Source of the DNA: Limnothrix sp. BL-A-16
Lineage (GTDB): Bacteria > Cyanobacteriota > Cyanobacteriia > CACIAM-69d
Reading direction: 5' to 3'
Assembly (NCBI GenBank): GCA_041937175.2
Contig: CP166615.1
Location: 1,824,001-1,888,000 of the forward strand
DNA: 64,000 bases
The notes under the pieces are model-generated. The model did no database searches and was not told the origin of the DNA. It worked only from the letters and a program-made list of their open reading frames with translations. Below, in pieces: positions 56,603-64,000 of this stretch (its first letter is position 1; the number at the start of each line of letters is the position of its first letter). Made by a program: the position numbers and the translations under genes.

Positions 56603-56965
56603 GGTTCTGGAACGCCGTTGACGCGATGTTGACGCGGTACTGATTCGGTCTTGATTCGGTACTGATTCGAGATCAAATCAATACGGTTTGAATGCAAATT
56701 GAATGCAAAGGGAGTGGCTCAAACTCCAAAAGCGTGCAAGCCTTGGCTTGCTTACTGTCCAGCTTATCCTGTGGAGCAGGGGTGGCTCTGGCGAGATAAC
56801 CGACCGCTGGCCGGCCTAGCGGAATGATGGCCGATCGGGTATCGACTGCGTTGAATTCCTGAAGTGCGGTGGGGCGAGGGGGAGTTTTAGGGAAGCGATC
56901 GATCGCGCGATCGGGGCACATGGACAGCGTTTGGGCGATGATTCGGCGGTAGTCGGGATTTGGGA

Positions 56966-57715
56966 ATGGTGAAAGGTGTGCGGAGTGGCTGGCGAGCGAT
57001 CGGGTTGGTGGGCTGTCTGGGATGGCTGTGGGGTGGAATCCTGACCCCAGCCGGGGCCAAGCCGGGGCCGGTGGTGCAAGCGCCCCAAACGCCCTTGGAC
57101 TGGCGTTACCAATATCGCAAAGTGCGCCATCCCCAAGGCTTTTGGGCGATCGAACTGCCGATCGATTGGAATATGCCGCTCCATCGGGATTATCACTCGG
57201 TGTTCTATAGCGAGCCGATCGCCCCGTCGCAGGGGTTACAACCCAAACCCCTGCCCCGATCGCTGATTCGGTTGGATTTGGTGCTGCTAGATCAATCCAT
57301 AGCAGCGGCGGAAACGGATTTAACCACCCGAGCAGAAGCGGCAGGACTGACCTTAACCGAGCGATCGACCCTGCGCTTGGCCGGGCGATCGGCTGTGCGA
57401 ATGGTTTTAGATCAAGTGATTTCAGATCAAGTGATTTCGGAGGCAAAAGACACAAAACCAGAAGCGGGCCCAGAGTTCGATCGCACCTGGTTCACCTTGA
57501 TTCCCGTCACCCCGCGCTTGAGTTTGTTGCTGGTGGGTAGCTATAACCCCCGCGACAATCCGATGGCGGAGGCGGTGCTAACCAAAATTCACCGCTCGAT
57601 CGAGCTGTTTTTTGAGCAACCCACCGACATACGCACGCCGGCCCAGCAGTTGCTCCCCCTGGAGTTGCCGCCCTTGGAAAATTCACCCAGCGATCGAGAA
57701 CCCCAAACCCCCTAG
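56966..57715 (+). CDS. Hypothetical exported protein (possibly PsbP/Mog1-like fold)
   Basis: Signal-peptide-like N-terminus; GFWAIELPIDW and LAGRSAVR segments; stop codon coincides with the MITE end. Confidence 0.55.
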   Translation: MVKGVRSGWRAIGLVGCLGWLWGGILTPAGAKPGPVVQAPQTPLDWRYQYRKVRHPQGFWAIELPIDWNMPLHRDYHSVFYSEPIAPSQGLQPKPLPRSLIRLDLVLLDQSIAAAETDLTTRAEAAGLTLTERSTLRLAGRSAVRMVLDQVISDQVISEAKDTKPEAGPEFDRTWFTLIPVTPRLSLLLVGSYNPRDNPMAEAVLTKIHRSIELFFEQPTDIRTPAQQLLPLELPPLENSPSDREPQTP

Positions 57716-57859
57716 TACCATGACAGGCTTAATACATTGGGCCAAAGTTGCGGAGCCAGTCGTGGTAACAAGGGGCTTGAGCATCTTGCTGCTTAACGAT
57801 CAGGTGACGGTAACAGCCATGTGATTTAACTCAGCGAATTAAGGCAGCCACGCTACTAG
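57712..57859. mobile_element. MITE family A copy 2 (148 bp)
   Basis: Ends CTAGTACCATGACAGGCTTAAT / ATTAAGGCAGCCACGCTACTAG; colinear with 6900-7047; core CAAGGGGCTTGAGCATCTTG at 57769-57788. Confidence 0.72.
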
Positions 57860-57926
57860 AAATAATCCAATTCAAAACAACTCAAAATAATCCAACTCAA
57901 AACAATCCAAACTATCAAAACCATCG

Positions 57927-57958
57927 AAAAAGGGGCGATCGAGAAGTTCGATCGCCCC
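57927..57958 (-). terminator. Putative intrinsic terminator downstream of purF
   Basis: AAAAA-GGGGCGATCGA-GAAGT-TCGATCGCCCC. Confidence 0.6.
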
Positions 57959-57990
57959 GCTGGTTAATCCTTAGTTAATTCATTGGTGAT

Positions 57991-59475
57991 TCAGGAACCC
58001 ACCGTGGCCGGTTCCAGCTTTTCCAACATCAGCTTCGATCGCTTCAACATGGCTGGCACTGGAATTGGGTAGCGACCATTGAAACAAGCCGTGCAGAAAT
58101 TCTGCGTAGCATCTTGGGTCGCTTCCAGCATCCCTTCTTCGCTCAGGTAAGCCAGCGTATCCACACCAATTTGATCGGCAATTTCCTGCACCGACTTGGT
58201 GGCCGCAATCAATTGCGATTGGTTATCCGTGTCGATGCCGTAGAAGCAAGGATGGGTGACCGGCGGCGAAGAAATGCGCATGTGAACTTCCGTGGCTCCC
58301 GCATCCCGCAAGGCTTTTACGATCTTGCGGCTGGTGGTTCCCCGGACGATCGAATCATCCACAATCACCACTCGCTTGCCCGCGAGCACATCCCGCAGCG
58401 GGTTTAGCTTCATCCGAATTCCCGACTCCCGCATGGTTTGGGTCGGTTGAATGAAGGTGCGGCCCACGTAGCGGTTTTTGATCAACCCTTCGGCGTAGGT
58501 GATGCCCGAAATTTGGGAATAGCCGATCGCGGCAGGAACACCGGAATCGGGCACAGCAATCACAATGTCCGCATCGATCGGGGTTTCGATCGCCAAGCGC
58601 CGTCCCAACCGCATTCGATAGCTGTAAAGGCTGTCGTTGTGGAACTTGCTGTCTGGGCGAGCGAAATAGATCATCTCAAAAACGCACAGTTTCGGCTCCG
58701 GCTGCGTGGCCCAAAAGAAGGAGGCGAGACCATCGTTCGTGATCCAAACCATTTCCCCCGGTTCCACATCCCGCAGATATTCCGCGCCGATGATGTCTAG
58801 GGCGCAGGTTTCCGAAGCCAGCACATAGCGCTCGGGCGCACCGGGCAGCGTGCCAATCACCAGCGGCCGCACGCCATTGGTGTCGCGGGTGCCGATCATG
58901 CCGTCGGGAGTGCCAATGACCAAACTGAAGGCCCCTTGGCATTGCTGGAAAGCGCGAATGGCTCCTTCCATCCAACCCAAACCGCTGTCCACCTCTTGGC
59001 CAATGGCGATCGCGATCGCCTCGGAATCCGTGGTGGTGGCAAACTCACAGTTACGGGCGGCCAAGGAATCCCGCAGTTCCGCTGTGTTCACCAAGTTGCC
59101 ATTGTGGGCCAGGGCCAAAGACCCCAAACGCGTTTTCACCACGGCCGGTTGCGCATTGACGCGCCGGCTAGATCCGGTGGTGGAGTAGCGGGTGTGGCCC
59201 ACGGCCAAATTTCCCGGTAGCTCTTGCAGGATTTTTTCGTTGAAGACTTGCGAAACGAGGCCCATATCCTTGTGGACATGTACCGTTGAGCCATCAAAGG
59301 TGGCAATCCCCGCTGATTCTTGACCCCGGTGCTGGAGAGCAAAAAGGCCAAAATAGGCAAGGGTGGCGACGTTTTCGCCCGGCGCGTAAACCCCAAAAAC
59401 GCCACAGGCTTCTTCGGGTTTGTCGGGCCGATCGCCCATCAGATCGAACAGGTCTTCAGACTCGGAGGGAAACAT
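57991..59475 (-). CDS. purF: Amidophosphoribosyltransferase
   Basis: EEA|CGVFG Ntn N-terminus, LQHRGQE, GHTRYST, AHNGN, VDDSIVRGTT, FCTACF; start ATG 59475. Confidence 0.97.
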   Translation of the reverse strand: MFPSESEDLFDLMGDRPDKPEEACGVFGVYAPGENVATLAYFGLFALQHRGQESAGIATFDGSTVHVHKDMGLVSQVFNEKILQELPGNLAVGHTRYSTTGSSRRVNAQPAVVKTRLGSLALAHNGNLVNTAELRDSLAARNCEFATTTDSEAIAIAIGQEVDSGLGWMEGAIRAFQQCQGAFSLVIGTPDGMIGTRDTNGVRPLVIGTLPGAPERYVLASETCALDIIGAEYLRDVEPGEMVWITNDGLASFFWATQPEPKLCVFEMIYFARPDSKFHNDSLYSYRMRLGRRLAIETPIDADIVIAVPDSGVPAAIGYSQISGITYAEGLIKNRYVGRTFIQPTQTMRESGIRMKLNPLRDVLAGKRVVIVDDSIVRGTTSRKIVKALRDAGATEVHMRISSPPVTHPCFYGIDTDNQSQLIAATKSVQEIADQIGVDTLAYLSEEGMLEATQDATQNFCTACFNGRYPIPVPAMLKRSKLMLEKLEPATVGS

Positions 59476-59776
59476 TGGGCGACAATGACTCCTAGCAGCA
59501 AGAGCGGGTGAATTAGCAAAAAGACGGTCGGAATCGTGGTCGAGTGAGGCTGGCGCGAGTAGTTGGCGCAACGGTTCCTAAGCCAGGTCATCCCTGGTGC
59601 AGCGATTGGAAGCCAAAAAAAATCGGCTACTCAGGAAGTTAACAAGCTCTTAACGATCCCGCCTTAACAGTAACAGAAGTTGCGGAATCGATCGGCTGTG
59701 GCGATGGCGAATTCAGGACGAGTCCTTGGGAAATATCGATCGCCCGGTAGAAACCCAGAATTCCGGTAGGTTTCAA

Positions 59777-59804
59777 GTAGGGGCGTACGGCCGATCGCCC
59801 CTAC
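59777..59804. repeat. GTAG-type REP-like palindrome between purL and purF
   Basis: GTAGGGGCG-TACGGCCGAT-CGCCCCTAC. Confidence 0.55.
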
Positions 59805-59814
59805 CCGATCGCCC

Positions 59815-62142
59815 CTAGACCAACCGCTCCATGCGACGGGCGATCGCCTCGCTCCAACCTTCGGTCATGGTGGCCAGGGCTGCATCCAGGGCCGTTGCGC
59901 CATCCGGTGCGTTGATCACCAGCCGATCGCCCCCGACGGTTCCCAGTTGGGCCCAGTCGGAGCCGAGCTGTTCCGTCAGCCAGGTTTCAAACTCAGCCGC
60001 CCGATCGCCCGCCACGGACACCACGATCCGCGCGCCGCCTTCGCCAAACAGGGCCGCATCCCAGCGATCGCTCCCGGGGTCGATCGTCACCGTTGCGCCC
60101 AGGTTGCCGCTAATGCAGGACTCGGCCAGGGTGACGGCTAGGCCACCTTCGGCGCAGTCGTGGGCCGATCGAATCCAGCCCTGGCGAATCCCGTTGCGGC
60201 AAGCGGCTTGCACGGCTCGCTCCCGATCGAACTCCACCACGGGCGGCCGACCGGCGATCGTGTTGTGAATCGCCGCCAAATAATCTGACGCGCCCAGGGT
60301 TACGGGAGCTGTTGCCCCCAGCAGATAAATCCGATCGCCGGCCGACTGGAAGCCCTGGCCCGTCACCGTGGCGATGTCCTCCACCAAACCGACCATCCCC
60401 ACAACCGGTGTGGGATAGATCGATTGGGGTTTGCCCTCGGAATCTAGGGTTTCGTTGTAGAGCGACACGTTGCCGCCCGTGACCGGCGTGCCCAGTTCCC
60501 GGCAGGCATCGGCCAGGCCGCGGCAAGCATTGGCCAACTGCCAATAGCCCACGGGTTTTTCGGGGCTGCCGAAGTTGAGGTTATCGGTCACGGCCAGCGG
60601 TTCCGCTCCCACACAGGACAGGTTGCGGGCCGCCTCCGCCACCACGCCCAAAGCCCCTTGGTAGGGATCGAGGTACACATGGCGGGCGTTGCAATCCACC
60701 GTGGCCGCCACGCCCTTGGTGAAGGGGGTCGTCGCGTCGGTCACGAGTTGGGGCCGCAGCCGCACCACCGCCGCATCGGCCCCACCGGGCACAATCACCG
60801 TGTTGTTTTGTACCTGGTGATCGTACTGACGATAGACCCAGGATTTCGAGGCGATCGAGGGGGTTTCCAGCAGGCTTTGCAGCACCGCGCTCCAGGGGCG
60901 ATCGGGCAGTCCCGCCACGGAACAAGCAGGTAACGAGTCCGGCGACCAAGCCCAAGCCTGTTGCGCGTAGTCCGGTGCTTCCGCCATCAGTTCCCGGCGA
61001 TAGATCGGGGTGTTATCTGCCAGGGCCGTCGCCGGAATTTCCGCCGCGATCGCACCCTGGAACCGGATACGGACGATCGGCTCTTCGATCACTTCCCCGG
61101 CCACCACCGCTTGCAGGCCCCAACGGTGGAAGATGTCGATCAGTTCCTGTTCGCGGCCTTTGTGCGCCACAAACAACATCCGCTCCTGGGATTCCGACAG
61201 CAGATATTCGTAGGGAACCATCCCCGACTCGCGCACGGGGATTTTGTCGAGATCCAAATCGATGCCCACGCCGCCCTTGGCCGCCATTTCTGCCGTGGAG
61301 CAGGTGATACCCGCCGCGCCCATATCCTGGGCCGCCGCCACTGCACCGGTTTTGAAGGCTTCGAGGCAGGCTTCGATCAGGGATTTTTCGAGGAACGGAT
61401 CGCCCACCTGCACGGCCGGGCGATCGTCCATGGATTCATCGGTTAGCTCCGCGCTGGCAAAGCTGGCCCCACCCATGCCGTCGCGGCCGGTGGTTGACCC
61501 CACGTACAGCACCGGGTTGCCGATCCCATAGGCTCCCGCCTTGACGATTTCCGGCGTTTCCATCAGCCCCAGGGCCATGGCATTCACCAGCGGGTTGCCG
61601 CTGTAGGCGGGGTCAAAATAGACCTCACCGCCGACGGTCGGCACGCCCACGCAGTTGCCGTAGTGGGAAATGCCGGCCACCACCCCTTCAAACAGGCGGC
61701 GGTTACGCGCGTCATCCAGGGAGCCAAACCGCAGGGCATTGAGAATGGCGATCGGGCGGGCCCCCATGGTGAAGATGTCCCGCAGGATGCCGCCCACGCC
61801 GGTCGCCGCCCCCTGGAAGGGTTCCACGGCGGACGGGTGGTTGTGGGATTCGATCTTGAAGGCCAGGTGCAGCCCATCGCCGAGATCCACCACGCCAGCG
61901 TTTTCGCCGGGGCCCACGAGGATGCGCGGACCGCTGGTGGGAAATTGGCTAAGCAGGGGGCGAGAATTCTTGTAGCAGCAGTGTTCCGACCACATCACGC
62001 CAAACATCCCCAGTTCGGCTTTGTTGGGGTGGCGGCCCAGTCGATTCACAATATCGACGTATTCATCGGGCTTGATGCCTTCGGCGGTGATTTCAGCGAT
62101 CGGGAAGGGTGCGGATTCGAGAACGGTTTCGGGGGTTGACAC
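59815..62142 (-). CDS. purL: Phosphoribosylformylglycinamidine synthase subunit PurL
   Basis: [48 protein letters not shown]; start placed at GTG 62142. Confidence 0.97.
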   Translation of the reverse strand: MSTPETVLESAPFPIAEITAEGIKPDEYVDIVNRLGRHPNKAELGMFGVMWSEHCCYKNSRPLLSQFPTSGPRILVGPGENAGVVDLGDGLHLAFKIESHNHPSAVEPFQGAATGVGGILRDIFTMGARPIAILNALRFGSLDDARNRRLFEGVVAGISHYGNCVGVPTVGGEVYFDPAYSGNPLVNAMALGLMETPEIVKAGAYGIGNPVLYVGSTTGRDGMGGASFASAELTDESMDDRPAVQVGDPFLEKSLIEACLEAFKTGAVAAAQDMGAAGITCSTAEMAAKGGVGIDLDLDKIPVRESGMVPYEYLLSESQERMLFVAHKGREQELIDIFHRWGLQAVVAGEVIEEPIVRIRFQGAIAAEIPATALADNTPIYRRELMAEAPDYAQQAWAWSPDSLPACSVAGLPDRPWSAVLQSLLETPSIASKSWVYRQYDHQVQNNTVIVPGGADAAVVRLRPQLVTDATTPFTKGVAATVDCNARHVYLDPYQGALGVVAEAARNLSCVGAEPLAVTDNLNFGSPEKPVGYWQLANACRGLADACRELGTPVTGGNVSLYNETLDSEGKPQSIYPTPVVGMVGLVEDIATVTGQGFQSAGDRIYLLGATAPVTLGASDYLAAIHNTIAGRPPVVEFDRERAVQAACRNGIRQGWIRSAHDCAEGGLAVTLAESCISGNLGATVTIDPGSDRWDAALFGEGGARIVVSVAGDRAAEFETWLTEQLGSDWAQLGTVGGDRLVINAPDGATALDAALATMTEGWSEAIARRMERLV

Positions 62143-62267
62143 GGCTTTGGTGGCGCGATTCAGAAAGCGCCCTAATTGTACAACCGAGGCGATCGGCGGG
62201 CCCGCCCCCACCCCCAGGGGCGATTGACACTATCCCTCAGTCAACACTGTGCTAACACGTAGCTTTT

Positions 62268-64000
62268 TCAGTCGCTAATATTTGTTTTGCGGCGATAAAC
62301 CATTTTTAATCCAGACTTAAACAGTCCACCAACTCGCCATTGTCCTGGATATCGCACTCGGTCTTCAAAAATCCCCCAATCCTTCATTTGCTGCAAAACT
62401 TCCCTGATCTTTAGCTCTGAAAGTTCAGTTCTTTTAGCCAACTCATTTACACGGTCATCAACCTTGAAAGGCGAATCTAAACCTTGAAAAGCTTCTAGCA
62501 GTTGCCTCACCTTATCCTTATTTTTTTCAGGATCTTCGTCCAGATCCAAGATATTAGATAGCTCATCTCGGACTTGCGTCATGTACTGTACGGCAGCATC
62601 TTCATGAGCAGTAAAAACTAACAAAGAATTGATCTTATCCCCATCAAGCTGCTTACCTTGAAAATCAAAGCTGCGCCAATCTCTATTGGATGATGGATCA
62701 GCAATGATGTCGAGGAAGAGTTCGTAAACCCTTGGATAGTAGCTTAATTGAGATTCATAACCACTGGCTGTGTCGGCAAAATAAGTCTTCAGAAATGTCA
62801 GCATTTTAATGCTGCTACGTTTAAGCTTGGGTGGAAAAATTTCTAATATCAGCTCTTCACATTCTTGTTCAGAAACCTCTGCTCTCTTTAGCTCACTGCT
62901 TCGTGCTTCTAGTTTTCTGACAGTCTCGGGAAAATGATCTTTGTACCAAGGCTTCTTGGAAATTCTCGACAGTAAAAAATTGAAAATCTCTTGAGTCCCC
63001 CATTCTAGGCGTAACTGCTTGCTGGTGCGAGCTTGTTGTTCAAGATTTTCAGCACTATACCGGCGTAAATCATCTCGAATAAAGAGCTTGATCCTGATTA
63101 CTTCGCTCCACCTAATTTCACTGGTGATAGAGCGTACAAATTCAAACAAAGCTTCCGTGTAGCTACGAATTAGTTTGGCATTGAAGGCAATCTCAACACT
63201 GTCGATCAGAAAAGTGCGAGACTCACGAGTTAAATCTAGTAATTTGATTTGAGTGATCAATTCATCAATAGTTGATGATCGCTTTGGCAGAGATTTACTA
63301 TTTTCAATGCGTTGCTTGAACTTTAATTCAAGCTTAGAGCGTGATGTTTTCTGGTCTTCAATTAAAGTTTCCAGTCCTGAAATGAGCAAGTCATACCAGA
63401 AATTGATTGGATTGTCTTTGTAAAATTCTGCTGCTCTAGCCTCTTGAATGATTGGGGAGCTAGCTTGTATACCTTGTGAAGTTCGATCTTCTGCATCAAC
63501 TAGTATGGGCTGACCCAAGCCTGACTTTGCTATTTCTGTAACCAAGCGAGTTTTACCAGTACCTTTCTTGCCAAAAATGTAAGTTGTTTCGTTACCAGAG
63601 CGTAGCAATTCACGGAAGTTCTTAGTTTGCACTAATGACCCTCCATCACTCGATCCAGAGAGAGTTAGGACTGGCATTGAGGATTTATCTTGGCTCTGAT
63701 CCTGAAGGTCTTTCTTGCCTAACAAATCCAGAACACTACGAATATTATTAATTGATTCTTTTGTTTGATCAGCAAGTTCACTAATTTCCGGCATTTGACC
63801 ACGATGATTCTCGCGAAAAGCAGAATCATAGGGCCACATAATCCAATGATCTTCAAGCAGCTCAGCAGAAAGATTGCCAAATTCTTCAGAATCGGGGTTC
63901 CTGTTTTCAACGTCTGCCAGCACCCCTAAGAGTTCTTCTTTTTGATCAGCAGTTCGGCTCTGATAGGAATCTTTTGTTTCATTGTCAGACTTAAATGAAA
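62268..64000 (-). CDS. P-loop NTPase (5' end outside the window), paralogous to the C-terminal half of 43735-46410
   Basis: GKKGTGKT, FLIDSVE, IKLFIRDDL, LRLEW, YYPR; frame stays open from 63923 to the window edge (SFKSDNETKDSYQSRTADQKEELLG). Confidence 0.8.
   Translation of the reverse strand, partial: SFKSDNETKDSYQSRTADQKEELLGVLADVENRNPDSEEFGNLSAELLEDHWIMWPYDSAFRENHRGQMPEISELADQTKESINNIRSVLDLLGKKDLQDQSQDKSSMPVLTLSGSSDGGSLVQTKNFRELLRSGNETTYIFGKKGTGKTRLVTEIAKSGLGQPILVDAEDRTSQGIQASSPIIQEARAAEFYKDNPINFWYDLLISGLETLIEDQKTSRSKLELKFKQRIENSKSLPKRSSTIDELITQIKLLDLTRESRTFLIDSVEIAFNAKLIRSYTEALFEFVRSITSEIRWSEVIRIKLFIRDDLRRYSAENLEQQARTSKQLRLEWGTQEIFNFLLSRISKKPWYKDHFPETVRKLEARSSELKRAEVSEQECEELILEIFPPKLKRSSIKMLTFLKTYFADTASGYESQLSYYPRVYELFLDIIADPSSNRDWRSFDFQGKQLDGDKINSLLVFTAHEDAAVQYMTQVRDELSNILDLDEDPEKNKDKVRQLLEAFQGLDSPFKVDDRVNELAKRTELSELKIREVLQQMKDWGIFEDRVRYPGQWRVGGLFKSGLKMVYRRKTNISD

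Noticed and set aside
56673..57455. 260-aa minus-strand ORF
   Set aside because: Low-complexity shadow; the plus-strand ORF with a signal peptide is more plausible
59635..59680. TTAAC direct repeats upstream of purF resembling a Pho/OmpR-type box
   Set aside because: Irregular spacing and weak match; not distinguishable from chance without comparative data

Overview
64 kb of a cyanobacterial chromosome. Evidence: very dense HIP1/CGATCG sites plus chlH, ndhD, sasA and a GUN4-domain gene; the long HstK kinase and repeat load suggest a filamentous taxon (inference). Most of the window is housekeeping: tsaC, clpB, a P-type ATPase, ndhD, ilvC, dcd-thyX (with a 217-aa mini-intein), trpS, secDF, clpS, sasA, chlH, aat, purF and purL. 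Two AT-richer accessory tracts stand out. (1) About 43.3-53.8 kb, between chlH and aat, holds a HEPN-like gene followed by an 891-aa BolA/MNT-like + ParA/MinD-like + second P-loop NTPase fusion (candidate undescribed defence module), and a cynABD-cynS cyanate operon beside a PAS histidine kinase and AraC response regulator (candidate cyanate-sensing two-component system). It ends with an orphan ORF and a truncated glycosyltransferase scar. (2) At the right edge, a divergent paralog of the same P-loop NTPase runs off the window and contains no CGATCG site. Intergenic regions carry several MITEs, and eight copies of a 20-bp palindrome (CAAGGGGCTTAAGCCCCTTG or variants) occur inside three different terminal-repeat shells and a tandem array. 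I saw no rRNA, tRNA, CRISPR array, transposase or integrase. All family calls come from reading motifs by eye; no searches were run.
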